A stretch of 63,893 bases of DNA, counting the filler, from Licmophora abbreviata (Eukaryota), in NCBI GenBank assembly GCA_900291995.1. It is 11 parts of 11 records of this genome, joined end to end, with 100 filler letters (N's around TTAATTAATTAA, not from the genome) between each part and the next. Parts side by side here need not be neighbours in the genome. Positions count along the whole stretch, not along the records: positions 42,805 to 50,502 come from OLMU01002943.1; positions 50,603 to 58,148 come from OLMU01002944.1; positions 58,249 to 61,456 come from OLMU01002946.1; 8 more parts are not named here. One strand, written 5' to 3'. The position numbers and the translations under genes were made by a program. The notes beneath the pieces were generated by a model. It saw only the letters and a program-made list of their open reading frames with translations. It did not search any database and was not told where the DNA came from. Shown here in pieces: positions 46,891-58,249 of this stretch (position 1 is its first letter; every line of letters begins with the position of its first letter).

Positions 46891-48982
46891 ATGGGTTGTT
46901 GTCTGAGTGTCGAAAACGATGAGGATGACGAAGGCGGCTACGCAGAAGGCGAATCTCTGCACAACAACATGCTGCGGGAGCGGAACGAAAACGTCTTTGA
47001 CAAGTACCAAGTCGTACAGCGACTGGGAGAAGGAAGCATGGGGGCTGTCTCTCGTGTCAAGGTGAAAGAAGAAATGATTGGAGGCTCTGCCTTTAATCCC
47101 AAGACGACGGGGTGCTTTGGATGGTGTGTCAAGAGACCAGTGACGAATCACCAGACCACGGTCCTGTCGGAACGAAGAGCCGTCGACGTAGAGTATGCTT
47201 TGAAGACCATTATTCTAAGTCGCATCTCGCAAGAATTCATTGATGAGCTGAGAAACGAAATTGCGCTTCTGAAAGAGATGGATCATCCCAATATTGTCAA
47301 GGCCTTTGAAGTCTTCGAGACGAAAAGTCAGATTTACATCATCATGGAACTCTGCTCGGGGGGAGACTTGTACCGACGCATCCCTTACTCGGAAAAGGCG
47401 GCCGCAAGGATCATTCAAAAGATGTGTTCAGCTATTTCGTACATGCACAATCACTCCATTGTACATCGCGACCTCAAGTTTGAGAATATCATGTTTGAGA
47501 ATGAGGCAGCCGACGCGGAGATCAAGGTCATTGACTTTGGATTGTCCAAGAAATTCTTGCCGGAACAGCAATTCATGACAGAAGGTGTCGGGACGGTCTA
47601 CACCATGGCGCCGCAGGTGCTGCAAGGTGTGTATACATCGCAGGCGGATCTATGGAGTATTGGTGTTATTACCTATATGCTCCTTTCGTCGGAGAAACCA
47701 TTCTATCATCGACGTCGGTACGTACCATCGACGAACATGTCAGGAATTTCATGTTGACAATGACGCTATCTCAACAAACATTGTTCCTCATTTCATATAG
47801 GCGCCGCGTGATCGACAAGATCATGAGGGTAGACTATGACTTCAAGAATCCGATTTGGAACATGATTTCCAAGGAAGGAAAGGATTTTGTCCAGCAATTG
47901 ATTGTTCTCGATCCCAAGAAGCGTCTCACGGGCGAACAAGCCCTCGCGCATCCGTGGCTCAAGAGTGAAACCACCAAGTCCACCGAGCTCCCATCGCCCT
48001 TGCAGATGGCGGATATCAAGGCTAATCTGATCAACTATAAGAACACTTCGGAACTGAAAAAAGTGGCATTGAATGTAAGTCGGCCGTTGCGTGAATTGAT
48101 GGCGACTGACATTTGCGGGTATCGTCTGACTTTACGATTGTCGTCCTCCGCACAGGTAATCGCGCACCAATCTTCCACAGAGGAGATTCTGATGCTGCGA
48201 CGAGCCTTTGCTGCCTATGACCAATCAGGTGATGGTGTTATTTCTTACGAAGAGTTCAAGAAAGCACAGGAGACCACGGATATAAGCGATGCCGTCCTGT
48301 CCGAAATATTCTCGAGTATTGTGAGTCGCGACCGGCGGTGTGACAGCAATCTTTGAGCAAAAAGGGTCGAAACTGACGTCTTCATTTTCTCTTTTGTATA
48401 CTGTGCGCATCACAGGACGTAAATAAGAATGGAGTCGTCATGTACAGTGAATTCATCGCGGCAACCCTGGAAGCTCACAGCCACATTGAGGAGCAAAGAT
48501 TAGCAGAAGCATTCGACAGGATTGATTCGGACGATTCAGGAGTAAGTTTTTGCGTACTATCAGGTCTGACCAGAATCGTGATTGTCACACTGTCCATCTC
48601 ACCAGAGCCCGTCGACCCCGCTTTCAGTTTATTTCAAGGGATAATCTCCGTAAGCTACTTGGTCGCGATGGCACGAAGGAGCGCATCGATAAGATCATCA
48701 AGGAGGCCGACGAGAATGGCGACGGGAAGAGTAAGTATTGAGTTGTGAGGCTCAATTTCGTGGACTATCATCCCACTCACATTTTCGCTCGCTATCTAAG
48801 TTTCCTTTGATGAGTTCGCCAAGATCTTCCGAAAGGAGTCGACCATGCTTGCTGCCGCACAGCTCGGGCACGCTGAATCTTCACTTCACGAATCAGAAAC
48901 ACACCTCGTTGGACTGGACGCCCGCATTCCTGGAGGCATGCATTCTGCTCACACAGCCGCAAGCGCGCAAGGGCGGGGATAA
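46891..48982 (+). CDS. Calcium-dependent protein kinase-like #3, MGCC dual-acylation start
   Basis: Exons 46891-47717, 47801-48074, 48156-48320, 48416-48541, 48628-48730, 48801-48982. GEGSMG, YALK, HRDLKFEN, DFG, MAPQ; four EF-hands. Confidence 0.92.
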
Positions 48983-49163
48983 TGAATTTTGAAACATCTC
49001 GGGGGCTCTTTTGCGGTCGACCCGAGCTGACGTTGTGTGTCGGAGATAGTTTACTTGGCTACAGAGTTCTTATGTCGTGTATTGCGTGTCTTTGTGATGA
49101 TGATTAACAAAAATGTAAACACATTCAGAAGATGATAAGAACAACAACACCCGCTTCTCCGAG

Positions 49164-50851
49164 CTAACAAGATTCAGCTCGTTCGCACATCTGTTTTACG
49201 TTTGAGTCGACGGCCACCGCAAAAGCCTGCCTGAACTCATCGTACGATATTATTCCGTCACCGTTATCATCCAGTTCGTTGATCAACTTGTCAATGTAGT
49301 CATCGGAGGAAACAGGATCTGAGGACCGTTCCTTTCCTAAAATCTTACGTAGGTTGTTTTTGGATATATATCCAGTATCATCTGAATCAATTTGATCAAA
49401 GGCTTCTGCGATGCGGTATTCGTCGACGCGGCCTTGTGCCTCCAATGTTGCCGCAAGAAACTCTGTATATTGAATAACACCATTGCGATTCTGATACAAG
49501 TGACGACACAACGGTTAGACCCACAAAGACGAGAGCACGCTTCACGAACAACGGTATCATGTTTTGTTTGCTAACTCACCATATCCTTAGAAAAAGATGG
49601 CAAGTCATTTCAAGGGATGAGCACAGGGTGACGGAAAGCGTTCACTCAGTGCACAAAGTAGGGTTCGGGTCGTACCATTTTGTCAAACATGGACTTGATA
49701 TCACCGTCGGAATAGTTTAAGTCTGAAAGAGCCTTACGAAACTCCTCAAACGTAATCGTTCCACTGTTGTTCTTGTCTATGTCATCAAAGATCTTTCGCA
49801 GCTCGAAGATCTCTCGAGAGGTGCTCTTCTTGGCAATCACCATCAACGCTAGCTTCTTGAACTCTGGACTATCCGCGTATCGAACTAGATTGGATTGCGC
49901 GCTCTCCCACGTTTCCAAATCAGGCTTCTCCTCTGACCAGTTGGTGTTATGAGAAAGCCATCTATGTTTCAAAGCCCTGCTTGCCGATATTCGTACCTCC
50001 GGTCTGAGCATCAATAGTGACCGGATGAAGGCCTTCCCCTCGCTCGATACATTCTTCCACTTCTCTCCACGAAAACTGTATTGCGCAGACACGATCTGAC
50101 TCACCAGTTCAGACTGGATCTTACTCCAGAACGGCTTTTCACCCGAAATGAGCATAAAGGTCACTACTCCTATACTCCACATGTCTGTCTTGGACGTGTA
50201 CTCTCCTCGAAGGACCTCTGGGCTCATGGTATACAAGGTACCGCACCGCTCTGTCATTTTCCGATCAAGATAGACTCTGGCCAGTCCAAAGTCGATCAAT
50301 TTTACTCTCGCATCCGGCTCTCCGTTTTCGAACATAATATTCTCGTACTTTATATCTCGATGTACAATATTGCAATTTTCGTGGAGGTAAGCTACAGCTG
50401 ACAGCACCTGTCGGACAATCCGAGCAGCCTGTGCTTCCGTGTACCTAGAAGCGGTTGAGACGGAGTACGCAGAAGCGAGCGGTGAACGTAAGTGAAACTC
50501 TCNNNNNNNNNNNNNNNNNNNNNNNNNNNNNNNNNNNNNNNNNNNNTTAATTAATTAANNNNNNNNNNNNNNNNNNNNNNNNNNNNNNNNNNNNNNNNNN
50601 NNGGGATTGGACGACCCCCCAATAGCAATTTTTCTCCTTCGGATCTTTGATATGTTCGATATGCTTCCCTCCCCAATAAGGTCTACAACGACGTAGACTT
50701 CGTGAAAGTCAATGTTCTGTTCACGGACAAGATTGCTGTGAAGGACCGACGATCCTCGCTGTTTCAAAGTCGCAGAAGCTCCTTTCTTGGACGTCGACGA
50801 GGAAGCACCGTTGCTTTCGGCGATAGCATCCGTACTCAAACACTGACCCAT
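49164..50851 (-). CDS. Calcium-dependent protein kinase-like #4 (MGQCLS start; middle part lost in gap)
   Basis: Exons 50851-50603, [gap], 50444-49676, micro-exon 49585-49580, 49490-49164. GEGSIS, HRDIKYEN, DFG, MSPE; four EF-hands. Confidence 0.9.
50503..50602. other. Artificial scaffold linker inside CDPK #4
   Basis: The gene is collinear on both sides, supporting true contig order here. Confidence 0.98.
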
Positions 50852-51124
50852 GGCTTGATCTGCCACGCTGCTCTTCGTTGTGTTCGTGCTCCGCAACCTA
50901 CAACGCAAAGTTGATATTAAGTTGATGCGTGCTTTCGATATCGAATCTTGCGGTGAATCTTTCTGTTTTGGCGGGCTATAACATTTGATGACTCGAGCTC
51001 TGCCGTATCGCCCTTCGGACGAGCTCACGTTCCAAAGCGCCATTCAAGCATCACTTTCTGCCATGGAGAGAGCCATACTACGACACATTCTGAACATGCG
51101 AGAGACATCTTCCATTGAAACGCA

Positions 51125-53155
51125 TTAGTTTATGTTAGTGGAACCAAACAACTCTCTCATTCCGACCCTCGATCCAAACATCGCACTGGCATTGTGACCT
51201 ACACCCGGCACCTCGATAAGGGCGTGTACCGGTTCCCCATAGAGTTCTCTCAGATAGCGTAGATACTGCTGGCCCCGCGTCCGTCGACACGGACCCTGCA
51301 GCATCGCTGGGCAGCGAGTGTCCATTTCGTTTCGATAGCATGGCCACTCAACCCCTGGTACGAAATCGGTTCGCTTCCAGCAAGAAGCGTCGCAGGTAGG
51401 AAGCCTGTCGTTGCACGTATCGTTCTGCCCGACCATGTAAACAACGTGGAGCTCACGATAGATACGCAAGGCACGATCCACGCCAATAAATCCATCTCTC
51501 AATGCATATGGTATAGACTGACCTTTCTTATTGGAGAAAGAACCGAGCCCATATGGCCACCTGTCATAGTTCCAGCGATGGCAGGGGAAAGACGAGCTGT
51601 TGTGCCATCGAGAGGGTACACTTAGTTTCGTGTAGGGTGGTTCTGTACAGCTTTGATCACACCTGCAGTCACGGCTGCTGCATTCACAGTGTCCGCACGA
51701 GTACTGATAACGGCGACTGTCCAGATATGTGTAGGAGGAGGGGTTGGCAACGATGAATTCAACATTCACGTCTGTTCCAATGCCGTATAAAGATGCCAAG
51801 ACGCTCATCACGGCATAGCGTTGAACCTGCGAAAGTAAGACCGACGCCATGAGTGATGAGTTGGTATAGCATAGCAAAAGGACCATCGTCTCATGGATAC
51901 TTACCATCTGACCGCCGGCGCTGTGACCGACCAGCGAGAGCTTGTTCATGTTGGGATAAAGCTTCTTGCTGGTCAACAAGGCTACCATATGATCGAGGAC
52001 ATCAAAGCTCGACACGGTCCTCCCCGAAGCTCCACAACACTTTGGATCCGACTCCGCTCCGACTCTCCAGTCTCCCCAGGGTTTTGAGGAATTCCAAAAT
52101 GCGTCGTTTGGATGTTGGAAGGGGTCATGTTCATAGCTAAAATCCGGGGCAATGATCAAAATCTCAGAAAAGGGTCGGTAGTGTTGACGCTGCATGAGCT
52201 GCTTAAAAGAGCAGAAATAGTCAGGGGCATCGCGTAAGGCACCATGTTGTATGAAAAGAGCCATTGTATGGTTTCCACCATCGGACAGGAGCTGACTGGC
52301 ATAATATGGAAATGTAATGTTGCCATACATATGGAGACGATACGTTTTGAGACAGTTGCCGTCGTAGGTTACAGTCGGATCGTGGGACGCCAGAAACTTT
52401 TCTTCCATCGTTTCTGGTGTGTCTTGATCATTTTTCTCTTCATGTTTCTCGACTTCATCATCGTCGTGACCATAGTCCTCACTGTCTTCATCATTTCGTT
52501 TCAAGCGGCGACGCGCTGCTGCTCCACCAGCAAGTCGGTCACAGGCGGTCTGCCATGTAACTTCACGACACATTTCGGCTCGCTGGGCAGCAGCGTCTGC
52601 ATGTGCTTTGATCGCTGCGTCCAATGCCTTTTGTTGTTCAGCGGGTAGGATGACTCGCCAGTAGAGGAATGAAACGCCCACAAGGATAAGTACCAGGTTT
52701 GTCAAAATCAGAAAGAGGCAGAGGATCTTATTGAGTCGATGCCGTTGCTTCGATCGAATGCTGGGTTCATTTCTGTGCCGGAACTGGTGAAACAGTGCTG
52801 AAGCAGACCCGAAAGAGCCAAAGCTAGTCGTTTCTGACATCTTCTCTTGCCTCGCTTGATGTCGCCGCGGTTGATCTTTGTAGGATTTGAGGTTCGAGAA
52901 GTGATGCGAGGGAGAGCGCGACCCCATACTGTCGTAGCTGGGGCTTTCATGCATGTCCACCATATCAAGAGAAAAATCTGGAACGGACAAGTTGAGTCCC
53001 AGACCCCCCATGCTTCCGCTGTCCCCGCTCAGCCCTTCTTGAATGGTTTCCATACCTTGGAGCGGTGCGGCCTCGTCGTCGTCGACATTTCGAAGACGGT
53101 CGTCCCAGTTCATTGTCAATGCCTTAACTTTGTTCCAAATGTACTTGTGAATCAT
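51125..53155 (-). CDS. Type II membrane alpha/beta hydrolase with Cys-rich luminal domain
   Basis: Exons 53155-51905, 51826-51125 (78-bp in-frame intron). TM ILCLFLILTNLVLILVGVSFLYW; IQHG, GHSAGGQ nucleophile, ANPSSY, VGQND, VPGVGH. Confidence 0.82.
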   Translation of the reverse strand: MIHKYIWNKVKALTMNWDDRLRNVDDDEAAPLQGMETIQEGLSGDSGSMGGLGLNLSVPDFSLDMVDMHESPSYDSMGSRSPSHHFSNLKSYKDQPRRHQARQEKMSETTSFGSFGSASALFHQFRHRNEPSIRSKQRHRLNKILCLFLILTNLVLILVGVSFLYWRVILPAEQQKALDAAIKAHADAAAQRAEMCREVTWQTACDRLAGGAAARRRLKRNDEDSEDYGHDDDEVEKHEEKNDQDTPETMEEKFLASHDPTVTYDGNCLKTYRLHMYGNITFPYYASQLLSDGGNHTMALFIQHGALRDAPDYFCSFKQLMQRQHYRPFSEILIIAPDFSYEHDPFQHPNDAFWNSSKPWGDWRVGAESDPKCCGASGRTVSSFDVLDHMVALLTSKKLYPNMNKLSLVGHSAGGQMVSIHETMVLLLCYTNSSLMASVLLSQVQRYAVMSVLASLYGIGTDVNVEFIVANPSSYTYLDSRRYQYSCGHCECSSRDCRCDQSCTEPPYTKLSVPSRWHNSSSFPCHRWNYDRWPYGLGSFSNKKGQSIPYALRDGFIGVDRALRIYRELHVVYMVGQNDTCNDRLPTCDASCWKRTDFVPGVEWPCYRNEMDTRCPAMLQGPCRRTRGQQYLRYLRELYGEPVHALIEVPGVGHNASAMFGSRVGMRELFGSTNIN

Positions 53156-53564
53156 TCCAGACTCCACACCAAGAGGACCCAGGTAGGAGGAATCGGACCA
53201 CAAGTCTCACACAGATATCAGCTTCGCGGCACTCTCATGCAGACCGCTGGTATCCATCATGCGACTCCGTCGGCGCGTTCTGGATTTTTTCTTCTCATCT
53301 TTTGTCTTTTTCTTTTCGTCTTTTCTGTCTGTGTGCGTGTGTGTCGGCGCGCCACAAGATATCGTACGTTGGTGCTCGCGACGATTTCGGTGCATCATAA
53401 CCTCAAACCTCGCCGCGGTAGACCCATGCCGAGGTGTCGTCACTATGGCCGTGATGGACGAATTGCTTATTTTAGATTGTCTTTTAGATCAGATGCCATA
53501 CGACGAAAGGTTAACAACCTAAATAATATTGTTCATTATACCGGTACAACGTAGGCTAGTCGAA

Positions 53565-54539
53565 TCAATTCCAACCGTCTTCAACCTGTATCAGAACACG
53601 CCCGACCTTACTGCGTTCATTCTGCCGGGCAACTGCCTTCTCGAGATCCTTCACTGCAAACTTGGAATCGATGTCAATGACCAATCCATCCTGCAGCCAC
53701 TTGCCCAATAAATCCAGATCTTCCGTCTTGCTGCGGCATCCCACAAACTTGACTCCCTTGCGGGTGAACGGCGACAAGAGCATTCCAAGGACCATGCTCC
53801 AAGTCGGTATAGGCACCACATAGGTTCCATTCCTCTTGAGCTTCTTGAGAGCCTTCAACGCCGAATACGCAGCAGCAGCGTCAAAGATCACATCGTAGTT
53901 GGTACTGCCGTGCAATAGAGGATCCGCCACTTTGGTTCGATCAATCACAACGTCGGCACCCATTTTCTTGACACGTTCGACATCTTTGGTGCTGACTATA
54001 GCAGTCACCTCTGCACCAAAGCGTTTAGCGATGCCCACAGCCGCGCTGCCGACGCCACCACCTGCACCGACAATCAAGACACTCTTATCGGCACTCAGCC
54101 CTCCCTCATCTCGCATGGCTTGCAGGGCAGTGATGGCTTCTGTTGATGAAGCCGTAACTACATCTGTAGAAACATTTGAGGGTGCCTTGGCACAGCCTTC
54201 CTCGTCGACGACAATATATTCGGCAAAGGCACCTTGTTTCTGAGAGGGCTCATACTGCAGAAAACCCCATACCGCCTCTTGTACTTTGATACTCGTCACG
54301 TCACCCCCAACTACCTCGACGGTACCATAGAAGTGCCACCCCAAGACGAGAGGCTCAGACTTGCCGTGAATGAAAGAACCTGTCCATGTATTGTCTACTA
54401 CGCTTTTCGTGCCCGTATCCAAAGCTGACATTTTGACCTTGACCAACAGTTGTTTGGCGTCAGGAGCCGGTTTCGGAATGTCGACAAGGCGAGCTTTGTC
54501 GCTCTTGTAGTCAAGGGCCATTGCTTTCATTGTTGTCAT
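53565..54539 (-). CDS. NAD(P)-dependent MDR / quinone-oxidoreductase-like protein
   Basis: GAFAEY, TALQAM, VLIVGAGGGVGSAAV, GADVVID, GRVLI. Start chosen downstream of the (CAA)n tract; upstream in-frame ATGs extend to 54671. Confidence 0.88.
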   Translation of the reverse strand: MTTMKAMALDYKSDKARLVDIPKPAPDAKQLLVKVKMSALDTGTKSVVDNTWTGSFIHGKSEPLVLGWHFYGTVEVVGGDVTSIKVQEAVWGFLQYEPSQKQGAFAEYIVVDEEGCAKAPSNVSTDVVTASSTEAITALQAMRDEGGLSADKSVLIVGAGGGVGSAAVGIAKRFGAEVTAIVSTKDVERVKKMGADVVIDRTKVADPLLHGSTNYDVIFDAAAAYSALKALKKLKRNGTYVVPIPTWSMVLGMLLSPFTRKGVKFVGCRSKTEDLDLLGKWLQDGLVIDIDSKFAVKDLEKAVARQNERSKVGRVLIQVEDGWN

Positions 54540-54546
54540 GGTTGGT

Positions 54547-54572
54547 TTGTTGTTGTTGTTGTTGTTGTTGTT
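54547..54572 (-). repeat. (CAA)n microsatellite in the 5' UTR / leader of the MDR gene
   Basis: ttgttgttg... run of about 8 units. Confidence 0.85.
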
Positions 54573-54892
54573 TTGTGAGACGAAACCATGATGTTTCGAC
54601 ATGACTTTCGAAGAACAAAACTGTGGCGTCTGTGGATGTGGGGTTCTCATGAGGAATTCGCTCGACTTCATTCCCGGTTGAGAGATTCAAGAGCTTCGCA
54701 TACGTAGACATTATTTGTCGTGAGTCCCGCTACATGACGTCATTCTGACTTCGATGTTTGAATCATTAGTGATGCCTTTTCTCCGGATGAGTTTGACGCC
54801 ATTCATTCGGATTGTATCATGCCATTGCTTCTGTGGATATGCAATAGCCCGTGAATGACGGCGCTGTCTATCTCGTGCTTACATAAATCATC

Positions 54893-56905
54893 ATGAGATT
54901 CTCTAGTGCCTTTATGGGATGCCTGCTGGCTTTTGGAAGCGAGAGAAAAAGCGAAAATGTCGTCATGGGCCTGATGGTGGCTCCACGGCTAGGCGGTAAC
55001 AGTGCTGCGCATTGGACGGGACATCGCCTTGTCTGGGGAAGCCGCAATTCTTTTCATGCACGCCATGCGACGATTTTGCCGCCAGATTCGGAAACAGATC
55101 AACAGCAACATGTTTCGGCCACGACGATGGCAACTGGCAAGCTACTTGAAAGGATATCCGACTCCCAGCAAGCTTCGACGGAATGGGGCGACATGTTTGG
55201 GCTCGGCGAGTCGGAACAAGCATTTTATGCTTTATTTCGGGGAATGCGGGATACAGCTACACTAGGTTTGAAGGGACAGCCGTTTCATTTGAAGCAGAGT
55301 GAAGTTAGGAAGGCTCTCAAGTACGACGATGAGAGTAAGGAAGGTCCTTACAAGGGATTCTTTACCAGAGAAGATCTCAACAAGGCCGTGAACGACGACT
55401 TTCTGGACGCCGACCGAGGAAGTACCGACAATCGCAAAGGATGGAAAATTGCATCAGTGTCGGAACCACGCGGGAACTCCTTTGAAGAGGCTCGCATGAC
55501 AATGGAAGAGGTCGAGGCGGCACTCGAAAAGGGGACGGTCATTTTCAATTCAGCTGGAGCGCACATTCCAAAACTGGCCGGTGCGAATCTGGCGATCACG
55601 GATGCGAGTAGTTTACCATGCGCCGTAAATCTTTACGTGACTGCTCCTGGAAAGCGAACCAGTGCCCCGCCCCATACCGACAAACAAGATGTAGTCGTGG
55701 TGCAAACACAGGGAAAGAAGCACTGGCGCATCTTCTCACCACCCGATCCGTCTTTGAAGCCCAGTGCCGACATGGTAAGATCTCACGTTGCATAGTTGAC
55801 GGAGTCACACAACCAGTGCCTCATCGTTTTCGTGTTTATTCTGCAATCACAGTTCGCCAGAGGGAAGGGCGCTGACAACTTGCCTTTGCACACGCTCGAG
55901 TCGGAACTGGGCTGCAAACTGTTGTTGGAAACCACGCTGGAGACGGGCGATGTCTTGTATGTGCCAGCGGCGTTTCCGCACACGACCGACACAGTCAATG
56001 CAAACGAGGAAATGAGCATTCACTTGACGTTTGGGTTGGACACGCATGTGTGGGATTTGGATTATCTTAGTCTTCGACGATTTGCATTGCGTCGTGCCTG
56101 CGTCACGGACACGGCTTTGGGACAGCTCAACGACGAGGACAATCGCTACGTGGGGCAGTGCAACGAGCTACCCGAGGAGATTCGTAAAGATTTGTTTGCA
56201 GCGTTGCCTCGAGGACTCCTTGACGATACTCGTGAAGCGGAAGGCTTGTTGGAAGAGGCAACGGAAGAAGTCAAACGAATTAGCAAGGCGGTGGATGACG
56301 AGACTTTTTCAAAGGTAGACGACGTGATTTGGAAGGAGACGACGGAGCGGCTACGACAGCAGGGCGCAGAACTGTTGGAAATCCATCAAGATATGTTCAC
56401 CGCAGCCGTGGAGGAAGGACGCACTAGGGTAGCGGAGGATGCCATGACAGCTCATTTGGACGATTCGACTCGAAGAGCCTTATCTCCGGAACGTATGCAG
56501 CGCCTCAGTCTCTTCCGCGTCCCTCGTTACTTTCAAAAGATCAATGATAGTATGAAAGCGCTTCGCGACTGGAGCTATGGAGGCAAACCAACGGATGGAA
56601 GCGATGTGAAACCTGCTCTCGCCGAAAACTGGGCCTTTACCATGCCCGTCAAGACGGGGGACTCGGTCGAAGCGGATTTGGGCGGCGCGCTCTTTCCCGC
56701 CACAGTGACCAAGGTGCTCGGTGGCGGTACAACATTTGAAGTTCAGTTTTTCGATGGAGATAGGGAAACCGGCCTCGATCGAAGCATGATCAAACTGCTG
56801 GCGCCGCCGGCGGCTGAAGAGGAAGTGGATACATCCAGCATGACGCCGAAGCAGCTCAAGCGATGGAAGAAACAACAAGAGAAGAAATCCAAGATGCAAC
56901 AGTAG
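54893..56905 (+). CDS. JmjC/cupin_4 (ROX/NO66-like) 2-oxoglutarate dioxygenase with C-terminal Tudor-like domain
   Basis: Exons 54893-55774, 55853-56905. NLYVT, PPHTDKQDVVVVQTQGKKHW (HxD), LETGDVLYVPAAFPH; C-terminal GDSVEA..FPATV..FEVQFFDG. Confidence 0.85.
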
Positions 56906-56975
56906 TAAGACATTCGGCGAGTTATTGTCATCGCTGCTGCATACGTGAAACGATGTCGTGTTTGTTTTATAACTT

Positions 56976-58108
56976 TTAGTCTCCAACGTCACTGTCAAAG
57001 AACAAGTCGCCTTGTATAACTTCGGCCGTTTTATGGTATGGCGCTTGTGGCGGTGCCACGGCATATGGGTATGGGTCAGATGGCGCGTAGGAAACGGAGG
57101 ATTCTCCATCATATGGGTACTGGCCGCTCTCCAACTCTGTCTCTTTGACCGGTGGTATCGCTTCCTCTGCTCATCGTCCTCTTCCTCGTCCACCCTTTTC
57201 TTCCAAGGCGGGCAGATACAGGGATCGTTTTCATCATTTTCTTGTATTCGAATACACATTGGGACTGGCTTAGCTGCAACACAGACCGCCAAGGAGGTGA
57301 AGAAATAAAGTCCACACGCCACCACGGACGTTATTCCAGATCGATCGATATCACATGGATACACATCACTATTCTCGGAAGGGTTGCTATCATATATGTG
57401 TGATGTTGTCGCACAGCAAGCGCATAGTAGTGTTGGAAAAGGGAATGTCGTACTGGTATGTGAGAGCGTATATACACTCTACAATGACACACGGCACATT
57501 CACAAACATCGAAGGAAAAGTAACGTACCATGAATCCGAGGCAAACATCATGAACGTCAGTCCCTGTCCTACTGTGGCGAGAAAGTACATGGTCGAGGTG
57601 ATGCACCGACTCGTTTTGAAGCGAATCAAGAGAAACTCAATCCACATGATAATGAGAGCGACGGTTCCGAATCCCACCGCAACCAAGCTCCCGATCCGGG
57701 CTGTCCTCAGGTACGTATCCGCCACTCGATCGGGAATGCTTTGACAGGTACTACTGGTGGGACTCCATTTGAAGAGTCCAATGGTAGCGGCGGTCACGTT
57801 GGATCCAAAGGGTGGGTCCTGGACAAGGTCAAGCCCCTCGCGATCAAACTTGACAAAGTCGCAATTGATCATGACTACAATGGAGCAGGCTATCGCAAGC
57901 GTCCCTGTAATAAATCGAATTATGCTGAAATAGAAAAGAGAGAGAGAGAGAGAACGCAGGGTGGTTTTAGAGATGATCGACTCGACAGTAGTAAGTTTTG
58001 ATTTCTTCCAAGGAAGTTAGGTTTGGAACAACACTACAAATATACTTACGTCATGCAGACGCCACACTTGTCTCTCCAGCCTCTCTTTTCCGGTGATACT
58101 TCCGACAT
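56976..58108 (-). CDS. Four-TM claudin/tetraspan-like membrane protein (frameshift ~57170)
   Basis: Exons 58108-58050, 57924-57529, ~57388-56976 (acceptor ambiguous). CDFV, IGLFKW..C, four hydrophobic helices; a +1 nt correction gives a coherent tail ending DSDVGD*. Confidence 0.65.
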
Positions 58109-58148
58109 TGTTGTAAGTTTAGTCAAGTCAACTAGATCTGTTTACCCC

Positions 58149-58248
58149 NNNNNNNNNNNNNNNNNNNNNNNNNNNNNNNNNNNNNNNNNNNNTTAATTAA
58201 TTAANNNNNNNNNNNNNNNNNNNNNNNNNNNNNNNNNNNNNNNNNNNN
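58149..58248. other. Artificial scaffold linker
   Basis: N44-TTAATTAATTAA-N44. Confidence 0.98.
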
Positions 58249-58249
58249 G

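Noticed and set aside
17998..54893. Repeated head-to-head gene pairs with ~300-580 bp spacers
   Set aside because: Typical of compact diatom genomes; no shared motif identified.
56480..57364. 294-aa ORF overlapping the JmjC gene antisense
   Set aside because: Explained by the frameshift near 57170; the corrected frame stops at 56976.
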